Source: Candidatus Lustribacter sp.
GTDB taxonomy: Bacteria; Vulcanimicrobiota; Vulcanimicrobiia; Vulcanimicrobiales; Vulcanimicrobiaceae
Assembly (NCBI GenBank): GCA_965277805.1
Contig: OZ255842.1
Coordinates: 480,001-544,000 of the forward strand
Direction of reading: 5' to 3'
DNA length: 64,000 nt
Shown here: positions 37,695 through 47,838 of the stretch, one piece after another
Numbering within the stretch: the stretch's first letter is position 1
How the letters are laid out: each line of letters begins with the position of its first letter
The notes under the pieces: model-generated
The model's database searches: none
The model's input: only the letters and a program-made list of their open reading frames with translations
Told to the model about the DNA's origin: nothing
Translations under genes and position numbers: made by a program

Positions 37695-39550
37695 GGGTAC
37701 TGCTCGACGCCGATGTCGCTGTCGCCGCTGAGCGTGCCGGCGACAAGGATGGAGCCGGAATATCCGGGCGAGAGGAAGATCGGTCGCGTCGCATCGAGCG
37801 AGCTGACGTCGATCGCCGGATCGATCACCGAGTTCGAGACCGGATCGTAGGCGATGACGCGCGACGTCGGTCCGTTCTTGACCACGATGTAGCAGCGTCC
37901 GTCGGTGCCGACGGCAACATCGTAGGCATCGGTTTGCGCTCCGCCTGCGCCGATGGTGCCGAACGCGAGCTGATCGGACAACGACGCGAGCGTCGCGACC
38001 TTGGTCGCCGTGACCGCGTATAACGAGTAGATCTCGAGTGCTTTACCGGCACCATACGCAACCGCGTACGCGCCGGCGGCGTTGCCGGCGACGACCGAGC
38101 CGGTGTAGCCGGGATCGACCGATGCCTGCGCAATGGGCCCGGAGAGGATATGATTGCTTACGACGTTGGAGTTCATCACGCCGATGCCGCCCGAATTGGA
38201 ATATCCGGCATACACGTAGGGTGAGATTCCGACGGCGACGCTATGCGGGAAGTACGGCAGCGTCAGGACCTGGGTCCTCACCGACGGCTGACCCGTGAGC
38301 CAAATTATTTGGTCGACGTTCCCGGTCGTTGAATCATCGGTTTCTGCGGCGTACACCTGGCCTGGAATGACCGTCTGATCGGTGGAGGTGAACGCAACGA
38401 CGTTGTGCGTAATCGGGCTGCCGGTGTTGTACTCGCTGTTCAGATAGGCGGTCGGGCTGAAGGCCCATTGCCCGGGACCGTTGCCTTGGTCGATCCACGA
38501 TGCCATAATGTAGCCCGAACCCGGGGTCTGGTACGCCGGATAGAGATTGAAACTCGAGTAGCCCACCTCAGGCCAAGCCGTCGCGTTGTTGTACGATGCC
38601 TCGGCGATGTTATCTTGACCGAAGGAGATGCTACAGCAATAGCCGACCGCGTAAACGGTGTCGAAATCGTTGCCGGAGATGCTGGTGACGCTGCTCGCGG
38701 AGAGCGAGCCGTTCGAGTGCCATGTTGAGAACACGGACGGTGCGTACGAACGCTGCGCATAGATCGGCGCGTCCGTGGCATTTGAAAGCCTCGCGTACGT
38801 TGACGTGCCGATGGTCGCGGCCCCGTTCGGGCAGAAGTACAGGGGTGACGCTGCGGTCCAGTTCGGGAACGATGTCGCCGTCGGCGAGCACGAGGGTGAG
38901 CTGGAGAACGCGCCGTTGACCGTGCCGACCGCGGTCAGGGTAAGGGTGATCGGGTTGCCGCTTTGATCGACGAGCGGCTCGCTGCCGGTAATCGCGGCCC
39001 CGCCGTTATCACTGTAGCTCTGCGTCAGTTGCACGGCAGTGGTCGAGCCCGCGGGAATGAGTGGGACCGTAAAGCTCATCGATGCCGGCACCGGGTCGAG
39101 GACGATCAACGGTACCGCATTCGTCTGGCCTTCGGTGATCGTCGCGGGTGTGGGGTTCGAGCCGATGGCGAGCGTATCGGCGTTCGCGTCCTCGAGCGTA
39201 ATCGTGAACGTGACGCTGCCGGCAGGCGAGCCTACCGGAACCGTGCATGCACGGCTGTTGTCCGGTTCGGTGACGCAGTCCGCTGCGAGCTGCGGGTTGC
39301 TCGTGACGCTTTGCGACATCGTGTTGACCGCCATGACGCTGAGCTGCGTTGCGGCCGGCGAGATGAACGCCGGTTTGCGTTTGATCGCCGACGCCTTGCG
39401 CGCCGGGATCGTGAACTTCAACGTTGCCGTTGCCTGCGGCGCGATTGCCGTCGTCTGGGAACTCGGCGCGGGCAACGGGGCGTGGGAGCCTGAGCCGCCG
39501 CAAGCGCAGAGCGCACAAGCCAAGAACAGCGCCGCACAAGAGGCTCTCAT
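37691..39550 (-). CDS. Large hypothetical lipoprotein / surface protein
   Basis: Lipobox-like ALCACGGSG. S/T/P-rich linker. Beta-strand-rich body. Confidence 0.7.
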   Translation of the reverse strand: MRASCAALFLACALCACGGSGSHAPLPAPSSQTTAIAPQATATLKFTIPARKASAIKRKPAFISPAATQLSVMAVNTMSQSVTSNPQLAADCVTEPDNSRACTVPVGSPAGSVTFTITLEDANADTLAIGSNPTPATITEGQTNAVPLIVLDPVPASMSFTVPLIPAGSTTAVQLTQSYSDNGGAAITGSEPLVDQSGNPITLTLTAVGTVNGAFSSSPSCSPTATSFPNWTAASPLYFCPNGAATIGTSTYARLSNATDAPIYAQRSYAPSVFSTWHSNGSLSASSVTSISGNDFDTVYAVGYCCSISFGQDNIAEASYNNATAWPEVGYSSFNLYPAYQTPGSGYIMASWIDQGNGPGQWAFSPTAYLNSEYNTGSPITHNVVAFTSTDQTVIPGQVYAAETDDSTTGNVDQIIWLTGQPSVRTQVLTLPYFPHSVAVGISPYVYAGYSNSGGIGVMNSNVVSNHILSGPIAQASVDPGYTGSVVAGNAAGAYAVAYGAGKALEIYSLYAVTATKVATLASLSDQLAFGTIGAGGAQTDAYDVAVGTDGRCYIVVKNGPTSRVIAYDPVSNSVIDPAIDVSSLDATRPIFLSPGYSGSILVAGTLSGDSDIGVEQYP

Positions 39551-39612
39551 AGGCGGCAAATTAGGCAACTTCGGCGCCGCTTCCCTCGAAGTCCGGCCAG
39601 GTGTGCGCCAAG

Positions 39613-40785
39613 CTATTTTTCCAGCGGATCCCTCACGTGCGGATAGGTGGCGATGGGCGTATTCTGGAGCGTGCCGTTGACCTTCTCGACGCGCCGGATG
39701 TCGATGTTTTGGATGAGATCCCGCGTTTGCGGGTCGATCTCAATCGGACCCCGCGGACTTTCGAATTTCAATGCCTTCACGAGCGCCATCGTCTTATCGG
39801 GATCGAGGATTCCGTTTTGGGCGGCGGTGACTTTGTAGATGGCCTGCAGTGCATCGTAGGTGGCAACGTCGTAAAAATCGGGCGCCGGGATGGCCGGATC
39901 GGCGTCGTGCATGCCGCGTTTGAAATCGGAGTTAAGCTTCGAGTTATGCACGACCGTGTAGTTGGCCGCGCTGTAGATGCCGAGCGCATCATCGCCCAGC
40001 GCCGGTAACGCCAACTCGTTGGTCTCGATGCCGGCGAGCAGCTTTATGCCGGTCTGAGCGCCCCCCGAAGCATGCCATTGTTTGATGAACGGGGTGCCCT
40101 GCGAGATGAGGAAGATGAAGACGGCCTGCGGTTTCGCTTCGCGGATATGCTGGATCGACGCCGAGAAATCCGTCGTGTCGACCGGTACGCCTTCATCGCC
40201 GGCGATCTTGCCGCCGCCGGCCGTGAACGCCGTTTTGAAACTCGTCGCCGAGTCGATGCCCGGGCCGAAGTTGAGGTAGAGCATGTAGACGTTCTTGAGG
40301 TTGTTCTTGAGCGCCCAGTCGGCGAGCGGATAAATCAGCTGTCCTTGAGCGAAGGCGTAACGCGACGTGTATGGGTTGCCTTCGAGAATGCCGTAGCCGC
40401 CGTTGACGAAGAACGTCGGTTTCTTAGCCGCCGTCGACACCGCACCCAGCGCCTTTTCGTTCGGTGCATAAATCGAGCCCATGAGGAAGTCGACGTGGTC
40501 GCTGACGATCAGCTCTTGGGCGAGACGTTGTGCGTTCTCGGGCGAGAGGCCGCCGTCATCGCGAATGATGACGTCGAGCTTCCGGCCGGCTACCGAGTCG
40601 CCGTGTGCTTTGATGAAGGCCGCGATGGCCGCTTTTGCGGCTTCGCCTTGCTCCGTGAACGGGCGCGAGAACGTCGAGACGAACCCGACGCGCAGCGGTG
40701 GCTGGTCGGCTCCGGCACCGTGCGGTACGTTGAGTGCGGCAAATACGCCGATGGATAGTGCGGTTGCTGCTAGGAGGCGATTCAT
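39613..40785 (-). CDS. ABC substrate-binding protein, LivJ/branched-chain (type 1) family
   Basis: VAGRKLDVIIRDD, AQELIVSDHVD, FESPRGPIEID. Signal peptide. Confidence 0.85.
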   Translation of the reverse strand: MNRLLAATALSIGVFAALNVPHGAGADQPPLRVGFVSTFSRPFTEQGEAAKAAIAAFIKAHGDSVAGRKLDVIIRDDGGLSPENAQRLAQELIVSDHVDFLMGSIYAPNEKALGAVSTAAKKPTFFVNGGYGILEGNPYTSRYAFAQGQLIYPLADWALKNNLKNVYMLYLNFGPGIDSATSFKTAFTAGGGKIAGDEGVPVDTTDFSASIQHIREAKPQAVFIFLISQGTPFIKQWHASGGAQTGIKLLAGIETNELALPALGDDALGIYSAANYTVVHNSKLNSDFKRGMHDADPAIPAPDFYDVATYDALQAIYKVTAAQNGILDPDKTMALVKALKFESPRGPIEIDPQTRDLIQNIDIRRVEKVNGTLQNTPIATYPHVRDPLEK

Positions 40786-40828
40786 CGTGGAGGTCGCCGT
40801 TCGCCGCACCGTTGAACCGTACATTGCA

Positions 40829-41947
40829 ATGATTTCGAGTTGGCGTGACGACCCGCGTCAAGCAACGCATCCGCTCTTCAACGAGAACGCACTCAAATTG
40901 GGATTGTTCGGACTGAACGCGGGCACCCAGGCGATGACTGTCGCGCCCGGCCAGTACGTTGCCGATTGGGATCGCTGTTCCGAGATCGTCGGAATCGCCG
41001 GTGGGCTCGGTCTGGAAGCGATGGTCTCGCTGGTCAGCTGGGGTGCAAAACCCGAACTCGAACCGTTCGCGTGGGCGACCGGCCTCGGCGCGCTGCACCC
41101 CGGCCCGGCGTTCGTTTCGACGATGCACGTGCAGCTGAACCATCCGACGTTCGTAGCGAAAGCGTCGGCGACCGTGCAGGCCGTGACGCACGGCCGCTTC
41201 GCGCTCAACATCGTCGCCGGCACAAATCCGGATACGTTTCGGGCGTTCGGCGCGGCGATGGAAGATCACGAAACGCGCTACGCGCACGCCGCGGAGTTCA
41301 TGGATTTGCTGAAACGTCTTTGGACGGAAGAGGCACCGTTCGATTTTAGCGGCCGTTTCTACCAGATCCCCAAGGCGGTATCGTTGCCCCGGCCGAGCTT
41401 TGGCTTGCCGCCGATCATGAATGCCGGCACATCCGATCGCGGGCAGCACTTCGCCGCGAAATATGCCGACTTGGTGTTTACGCACGTCGAAACGGACATG
41501 GACGATGCGCGCGTCCAACTCGCGGCGATCAAGGGACTCGCGCGCCGCGAATACGGCCGCGAGGTGCAAGTCTGGACGCACGGCTACGTGGTGGTTCGCG
41601 ACACGCAAGCCGAGGCCGATGCCTTTCTGCAGTACTACGCGGTCGACCACGCGGATACCGAACGGGTCGCGCGCTGGGTGAAGACGCTCGGCGAGAACGC
41701 GCAATCACAATCCGCGGCCGAAAAGTGGAAAGTCGCGCGCAATTGGGCCGCCGGGGGCGGGGTCGACCTCGTCGGAACACCCGAAAGTATCACGGAAAAA
41801 TTGCAGGCGCTCTCGCGCGCCGGGCTCGACGGCATCTTGCTCAAGTCGATCGAACCGGAGTTCATGCTCGAACGGTTCGGCCGCGACGTTTTGCCTCGCC
41901 TCGAGCAGGCCGGTCTGCGAAAACCGAGTAAGGCGCTACCCAGCTAG
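40829..41947 (+). CDS. Luciferase-like (LLM) flavin-dependent monooxygenase
   Basis: KLGLFGLN, HPTFVAK, GRFALNIVAG, FDFSGRFY, MNAGTSDRG, LVGTPE. Confidence 0.85.
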   Translation: MISSWRDDPRQATHPLFNENALKLGLFGLNAGTQAMTVAPGQYVADWDRCSEIVGIAGGLGLEAMVSLVSWGAKPELEPFAWATGLGALHPGPAFVSTMHVQLNHPTFVAKASATVQAVTHGRFALNIVAGTNPDTFRAFGAAMEDHETRYAHAAEFMDLLKRLWTEEAPFDFSGRFYQIPKAVSLPRPSFGLPPIMNAGTSDRGQHFAAKYADLVFTHVETDMDDARVQLAAIKGLARREYGREVQVWTHGYVVVRDTQAEADAFLQYYAVDHADTERVARWVKTLGENAQSQSAAEKWKVARNWAAGGGVDLVGTPESITEKLQALSRAGLDGILLKSIEPEFMLERFGRDVLPRLEQAGLRKPSKALPS

Positions 41948-41971
41948 CAGATGCTTCGCGAGGTGACATCC

Positions 41972-43570
41972 ATGCGGTCATTCCGTTCTGCCGCCAAAGT
42001 CGTGTTCGCCGCCGCGCTCTTTGCGCTGCCGGTGCTGGGAGTGGCGCCGAGTCAGCCGACCGTGGTGACGACCGACGGTCCCATCGCGGGCTTTCACCGT
42101 GACGGCGTGGTCCAGTTTCGCGGCATCCCGTATGCCGCGCCGCCGGTGGGCAATCTGCGCTGGCGTCCGCCGCAGCCGCATGCGAAGTGGACCGAGACCT
42201 TGGATGCCGTTTCATTCGGTGATACGTGCGTGCAGAATCAGCCCGGGCTCTTCGCGAAGCCGAGCCTCACCGAGAACTGCCTCTTCCTCAACATCTATAC
42301 GCCCGCGAACTACGCGACGAAGCCCGATCACCGCGGCGTGCTCGTGTGGTTCTACGGCGGCGCGATGACGGCCGGCGAGAGCAACGACTACGACGGCACC
42401 AAACTCGCCAAGATGGGCAACACCGTCGTCGTCACGGTCAACTTTCGCGTCGGCTTCTTAGGGTTTTTTGCGCAGCCGGCGCTGGATGCTGAAGGTCACG
42501 ACTTCGGCAACTACGGAACGATGGATCAGCAGTTCGCGCTGCGCTGGATCCAGCGCAACATCGCGAAGTTCGGCGGCGATCCCAAACGCGTGACGATCTT
42601 CGGTCAATCCGGCGGCGCGACGGCGGTCATGACCGATCTCGTTTCTCCGACCGCGGCCGGGCTCTTCCAACGGCTGATCAACGAAAGCGGAACGCACATC
42701 ACCGCCACGCCGCTCCCGGCGGCCGAAGCGCGCGGCGCGGCACTCGTCACCAAAGCGGGCTGCGCGCAGGCGCCGGACGTGATGCAGTGCATGCGCGCGC
42801 TGACGCCGTTGCAAATCCTCTCGCTCGGATTGCCGACGCCGAACTTCTTCGTGCTCGACGGCCACATCATCACCGGCGACCCCTACGAGCAGTACAAGAC
42901 CGGCAAGTTCAACCACGTGCCGATCATCACCGGTCTCGTTGCAGACGAACAGGCGTTCTTCTTGCCCGAGATCTCGGGCGGGCCGCCGGTTCCGCTGACG
43001 GTGTCCGACTTGAGCGACTTCGTCAATTCGTTCGGTGTGGACAACGCGGCTGGGATCAACAAGGTCTATCCGCTGGAGTCGTACCCGAGTCCGAGCGAAG
43101 CCGACATCGCGATTGCCGAAGGCTCGAAGGCCTGCATCGCGCGCACGTTCGATCGCGAGTGGTCGCAGTACGTGCCCGTGTATGCGTACCGCTTCGACGA
43201 CGAAACGGCGCCGTCGTACTTTCCGCCCGTCAGTTATCCGACGCGCGCGTTCCACACCTCGGAGCTGGAGTATCTGTTCGTGCTCTTCCACGGCGGCCAG
43301 GGCACGCCGCATCCGCTGAACGCGGCGCAAACGCATCTCTCCGACCAAATGGTCGCGTACTGGTCGACATTTGCGCGTACCGGCAATCCCAACAACCCGA
43401 TGGACCCGGTCTGGCAGCCGTATTCGGCGGCAGCGGACAACGTGCTCTCGCTGCGTCAGCCGAAGCCGCAGATGATGACCGGTTACGGATCGCAGAATAA
43501 CCTGCCCCACCACATGCACAACGCGTGTTCGTTCTGGGATCAGATCCCGTTGAGTGGCGCCCGTGGTTAA
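41972..43570 (+). CDS. Secreted type-B carboxylesterase
   Basis: FRGIPYAAPPVGNLRW, ENCLFLNIY, FGGDPKRVTIFGQSGG, FARTGNP. Signal peptide. Confidence 0.9.
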   Translation: MRSFRSAAKVVFAAALFALPVLGVAPSQPTVVTTDGPIAGFHRDGVVQFRGIPYAAPPVGNLRWRPPQPHAKWTETLDAVSFGDTCVQNQPGLFAKPSLTENCLFLNIYTPANYATKPDHRGVLVWFYGGAMTAGESNDYDGTKLAKMGNTVVVTVNFRVGFLGFFAQPALDAEGHDFGNYGTMDQQFALRWIQRNIAKFGGDPKRVTIFGQSGGATAVMTDLVSPTAAGLFQRLINESGTHITATPLPAAEARGAALVTKAGCAQAPDVMQCMRALTPLQILSLGLPTPNFFVLDGHIITGDPYEQYKTGKFNHVPIITGLVADEQAFFLPEISGGPPVPLTVSDLSDFVNSFGVDNAAGINKVYPLESYPSPSEADIAIAEGSKACIARTFDREWSQYVPVYAYRFDDETAPSYFPPVSYPTRAFHTSELEYLFVLFHGGQGTPHPLNAAQTHLSDQMVAYWSTFARTGNPNNPMDPVWQPYSAAADNVLSLRQPKPQMMTGYGSQNNLPHHMHNACSFWDQIPLSGARG

Positions 43571-44522
43571 TGATTTGTTTCACACGCTGTTTGCGGCAAG
43601 CGCGTTGCTCGCCGTGCCGTTCTCGATGACACCACGGATGACGGCCGCAGACACTCCGGCCGTCATCCGCATCGAAACCTCCGACTACGATCTCTCGGCG
43701 GAGCCATACTACGGCGTCGCTGCCGGAATTTTCGCCCGGCACGGCATCACCCTGCGGTTTCTTCCGGCCGTCGAGGGCGGGGCGAACATGATTCGCGATG
43801 TCGCGGGAAACAAAGCGGACATCGGATTTTCCAACTTGATCTCGATCGCGCGTGCGGTCCAATCCGGAGCGGCGATCGTCCTGATCGCGCCGGCCGGTCT
43901 CTACCGGCGGAAAGATCCGGTGAACGCGATCGTGGTTTCGCCCAACTCATCGATCCGCTCGGCCAAAGACCTCAACGGGAAGAACATCTCGAGTCCCTCG
44001 GGCGCGGGCAGCGCCGGCGCGCTCGCGCCGGCCGCGTGGATCGATCTAAACGGCGGCGATTCGACGTCGGTGCATTTCGTCACAGGTATCGCACCGATGG
44101 ATTTGCCGGCGGCGCTCAACGCCGGCACCGTGGCGGCCGGTGAGGTCGGCGATCCGCAACTGACGCTCTTGCGTCAGCGCGGCGACGTGCGTGTGCTCGC
44201 TGCCCCGTTCGACGCCGAAGGCGACAATTATCTGCTCGCAGGCTTCGTCGCTTCGAAGGCCTGGGTGGCGGCGAATCCCGCTGCCGCGCGTGGCTTCGTT
44301 GCGGCGATGAAGGAGACGGCGCGTTGGGCGAACGCGCATCGCACTCAAACGGGCCGGCTTCTTGCCGCGCGCCTCAAACTTACGCCGGCGGTTACTGAAG
44401 CGATGTCACGGACGAAATACGCCATAACGTTGACTGCCGAAACGATTCAGCCGCCGCTCGATATCGCCGCGAAGTACGGCATCATCAAGCCGATGAAAGC
44501 GAACGAATTGCTGCATCCATGA
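43554..44522 (+). CDS. ABC substrate-binding protein, SsuA/NMT1-THI5 type (start uncertain)
   Basis: GIFARHGI, DLNGK, WIDLNGGD, AKYGII. Confidence 0.8.
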   Translation: MAPVVNDLFHTLFAASALLAVPFSMTPRMTAADTPAVIRIETSDYDLSAEPYYGVAAGIFARHGITLRFLPAVEGGANMIRDVAGNKADIGFSNLISIARAVQSGAAIVLIAPAGLYRRKDPVNAIVVSPNSSIRSAKDLNGKNISSPSGAGSAGALAPAAWIDLNGGDSTSVHFVTGIAPMDLPAALNAGTVAAGEVGDPQLTLLRQRGDVRVLAAPFDAEGDNYLLAGFVASKAWVAANPAAARGFVAAMKETARWANAHRTQTGRLLAARLKLTPAVTEAMSRTKYAITLTAETIQPPLDIAAKYGIIKPMKANELLHP

Positions 44523-45286
44523 ACGCGGTGGGGCTCGTGGCCGTCGCTGCCGCCGGCGGCATTGCAGCGGCGATCAATTCGGCCGCCGGCGGCGGCAGCT
44601 TCATCTCGTTTCCGACGCTGGTGTTCCTCGGCGTGCCGCCGATCACGGCCAATGCGACGAACACGACCGCGATGTGGATCGGGCAAGCCGGCAGCATTCA
44701 CGGCTTCCGCGAGAACATGCTACGGCCGACGCCGCGTTTCATCGCGGCCATGGCCGTGTCGGTGATCGGCGGAATTCTCGGCGCGGTGATCTTGCTGCAC
44801 ACGCCGCAGCGCGCGTTCGATATCATCATTCCGTGGCTGCTGCTCTTCGCGACCATCATGTTCGCGATCAGCCCGTGGGTGCTCAAGCTCGCCAATCACC
44901 CGGGCGGCGTGACCGACGTCTCGTGGGCAAGCACGGTGCCGCTGTTCATCGTCGCGTTGTACGGCGGCTTCTTCGGCGGCGGCCAGGGCATCGTGCTGCT
45001 GGCGTACTTCGCTCTGATCGGCATGACCGACTTGCCGAAAATGAACGGCTTGAAGTCCGTGCTCGCGTTTATCAACAACGGCGTGCCCGTGATTCCCTTC
45101 GTGTTCGCCCGGGCGATCGCGTGGGACGTGGCGGCCGCGATGTGCCTGGGCGCGATCGCCGGCGGCTATTACGGCGCTCGCTTGACGCGCACGCTGCCGC
45201 CCCAGGTGATGCGGCGCGCGATCGTCGTGCTCGGGTTTATCGCGAGCGCCGCATTCTTCTGGCGCGCGCTCGCAGGCCCGCGCTGA
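44519..45286 (+). CDS. TauE/SafE family membrane exporter
   Basis: AGGGSFISFP, ANATNT, YGGFFGGG, GGYYGA. Confidence 0.87.
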   Translation: MNAVGLVAVAAAGGIAAAINSAAGGGSFISFPTLVFLGVPPITANATNTTAMWIGQAGSIHGFRENMLRPTPRFIAAMAVSVIGGILGAVILLHTPQRAFDIIIPWLLLFATIMFAISPWVLKLANHPGGVTDVSWASTVPLFIVALYGGFFGGGQGIVLLAYFALIGMTDLPKMNGLKSVLAFINNGVPVIPFVFARAIAWDVAAAMCLGAIAGGYYGARLTRTLPPQVMRRAIVVLGFIASAAFFWRALAGPR

Positions 45287-45308
45287 GCACCGCGCGTAAC
45301 GGATAGTC

Positions 45309-46265
45309 ATGAAACGTTCGGCCGCACTCTTGGCGCTGGGCGGCGCCGTCGCACTTCCCCATCGGGCCCGCGCTCAGAGCCTGACGAAGATCCGGTGTGC
45401 TCAACCGCCGGGTACGGCTTCCGCGATCATCGTTTACGCGCAGAACTCGGGGATTTTCAAGAAATACGGCTTGGACGTCGAGATCGTGAAGATGAACAGC
45501 GGCGCGGCAATCATCGCGGCGCTCGCCGGCGGTTCGGTCGACGTCGGCAACGGCAGCACGTTTTCGGTGGTCACGGCGTACGCGCACGGCATCCCGATGC
45601 AAATCGTTGCGGGCGGTCCCGTGTACCAGCCGTCGGCAACGGTGCCGTACGGCATGATCTTGGTAGGCAAGAATTCGCCGCTGAAGACCGCGGCGGATTT
45701 GAACGGCAAGACGTTCGGCCTCTCCGTTGCGAAAGGCGATCTTAACTCGGTGACGTCGCAAGCGTGGGTCGAGCAGCACGGCGGTGATTGGTCGACCGTC
45801 AAGGTGCTCGAGCTGCCGCAGGATACGATGGTTGCGGCGATCGACGCCGGCCGGATCGATGCGTTCACGATCCAGAGCCCCGGCACCGCAATCGCGCTCT
45901 CGAGCGGAAAACTCCGCACGTTCGGCCGGCCGTACGACGCGGTCGGACGCCAATTCAGCATTGCCGCCTGGTATGCGCTGAGCAAGTGGTCGACGGATAA
46001 TCCGCAAACGGCGCGAGCCTTCGCGCAAGCCGTCGGCGAGTCATCACGCTACGCCAACAGCCACGGCCCGCAGATCATGCCCGTCATGGCGCAGTTTGCG
46101 GGCGTCGATACGTCGGTGCTCGAAGCGGCGGCGCGCGCGCCGTTTACCGATCGCGCCGATCCGCCCGATTTTCAGGCGATCATCGATCTCGAAGTGAAGT
46201 ATAAGGTGATCGATCACGGCTTCGACGCCAAAGACTTCATCTCGCCCATCGCGATGAGGCGCTAA
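45309..46265 (+). CDS. ABC substrate-binding protein, SsuA/NMT1-THI5 type
   Basis: GIFKKYGLDV, MNSGAA, DLNGK, GRIDA. Confidence 0.85.
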   Translation: MKRSAALLALGGAVALPHRARAQSLTKIRCAQPPGTASAIIVYAQNSGIFKKYGLDVEIVKMNSGAAIIAALAGGSVDVGNGSTFSVVTAYAHGIPMQIVAGGPVYQPSATVPYGMILVGKNSPLKTAADLNGKTFGLSVAKGDLNSVTSQAWVEQHGGDWSTVKVLELPQDTMVAAIDAGRIDAFTIQSPGTAIALSSGKLRTFGRPYDAVGRQFSIAAWYALSKWSTDNPQTARAFAQAVGESSRYANSHGPQIMPVMAQFAGVDTSVLEAAARAPFTDRADPPDFQAIIDLEVKYKVIDHGFDAKDFISPIAMRR

Positions 46266-46279
46266 GGCACGTTCCCGTA

Positions 46280-47143
46280 ATGGAACACGGGCGTTTCGCG
46301 TACAGCGCGATCGCCGATCGTCCGCGCCGGCGCTGGCCAAACGGTGCGCGGCTGGCGCTCTGGGTGATACCGAACATCGAGTACCTCCGCTTCGATCAAC
46401 TCTTGCGGTCATCGTCGCCGCGTGCCGTTGCGCCGGACATGATCACGTATGCGTCGTACGACTACGGCAACCGGGCCGGCATCTGGCGCATCATGGCGCT
46501 GCTCGACCAGTTCAACATTCAGGCCACGGTCGCGCTCAACGGCGACGTATGCGACGTGTATCCGGCCATCATCCGCGAAGGCAGCCGCCGCTGGTGGGAA
46601 TGGATGGGACACGGTGCTACCATCAGCCGGGGACTGAGCGGCCTCGCTGATTCCGAGGAACGTTCGCTGATCGCGCAGACGCTGGCGAAGATCGAAGCGG
46701 CGACCGGGATCCGTCCGCGCGGCTGGCTCGGACCGGCGCTCGCCGAGAACGCACGAACGCCCGATCTCCTCAAGGAGGCGGGTATCGACTACGTCGCCGA
46801 TTGGGTCAACGACGATCAGCCGTACGCGCTGCAGACCACGCACGGCGAACTGCATTCCGTGCCGTACTCGACGGCAATCAACGATATGGCGGCGTTTCCC
46901 GTGCATTCGCCGGTGGAGTTTTTACGCATGATCAAAGATCAGTTCGACACCCTCTACGGCGAGGCGGCCGAGACGGCCAAGGTGATGGCGATTTCGTTGC
47001 ATCCCGGGAAGATCGGCGTTCCGCACCGCATCCGCTATCTCGCCGAAGCGTTGGGTTACATCGACGGCCACGAGAGCATCTGGTGGGCGACCGGCAGCGA
47101 GATACTCGATGCCTACCGGCAAGCCGGCGGGGAGCGTTCCTGA
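46280..47143 (+). CDS. Polysaccharide-deacetylase family amidohydrolase (PuuE-like)
   Basis: WPNGARLALWVIPNIE, DYGNRAGIWR, PRGWLGP, DWVNDDQP, ISLHP. Confidence 0.85.
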   Translation: MEHGRFAYSAIADRPRRRWPNGARLALWVIPNIEYLRFDQLLRSSSPRAVAPDMITYASYDYGNRAGIWRIMALLDQFNIQATVALNGDVCDVYPAIIREGSRRWWEWMGHGATISRGLSGLADSEERSLIAQTLAKIEAATGIRPRGWLGPALAENARTPDLLKEAGIDYVADWVNDDQPYALQTTHGELHSVPYSTAINDMAAFPVHSPVEFLRMIKDQFDTLYGEAAETAKVMAISLHPGKIGVPHRIRYLAEALGYIDGHESIWWATGSEILDAYRQAGGERS

Positions 47144-47838
47144 TGCCGCGCGTTTGGGATGCGTTTCTCACACCGCAAGATCGGCTCGTCGATGTAGGAC
47201 GCTCGCGCGGACGGTTCGGTTTCGGCGAACGCCCGGCGCTGCTGCTCGTCGATCTCTATCGCGCGGTCTTCGGCGATGCGCCGGTGGCCTTGCCCGACGC
47301 GATGCGCGAGTGGCCGAGTTCGTGTGGGCTCGCTGCGTGGGAAGCCATCCCGCATATTCAGCGCCTCCTCGCGGCGGCGCGCGGTGCCAAGATTCCGGTG
47401 TTCTATTCCACCGACATGAACATGCACGACACGCCGCTCGCGCCGTGGTCACGCTCGCGGCTGCGCGGTGCGGTTGCGCCGGAGGGCCCGGAGATGGCCG
47501 CCCGCCGCTTGCGGATGAACGAGATCATCGATGAGGTCGCGCCGCTGCCGGGCGAGCTCGTCATCGCGAAGGCTGCGCCGAGCGTGTTTTCGGGCACGCC
47601 GCTGTTGGGGCAGCTGGTTGCGCGCCGGGTCGACACGCTCGTCGTTTGCGGCGAGAGCACCAGCGGTTGCGTTCGCGCGACCGTGGTCGACGGCTGCACG
47701 CAGCGCTTCAACATGATCGTCGCCGAAGAGTGCACCTTCGACCGCACGCAGGCCTCGCACGCCGTCAACTTGTTCGATATGAACCAAAAGTACGCCGACG
47801 TCGTACCGCTCGACGAGATCATCGCACACCTGAAATGA
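47143..47838 (+). CDS. Isochorismatase/cysteine hydrolase (maleamate amidohydrolase-like)
   Basis: GFGERPALLLVD, KAAPSVFSGT, GESTSGCVRATVVD, KYADV. Confidence 0.85.
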   Translation: MPRVWDAFLTPQDRLVDVGRSRGRFGFGERPALLLVDLYRAVFGDAPVALPDAMREWPSSCGLAAWEAIPHIQRLLAAARGAKIPVFYSTDMNMHDTPLAPWSRSRLRGAVAPEGPEMAARRLRMNEIIDEVAPLPGELVIAKAAPSVFSGTPLLGQLVARRVDTLVVCGESTSGCVRATVVDGCTQRFNMIVAEECTFDRTQASHAVNLFDMNQKYADVVPLDEIIAHLK

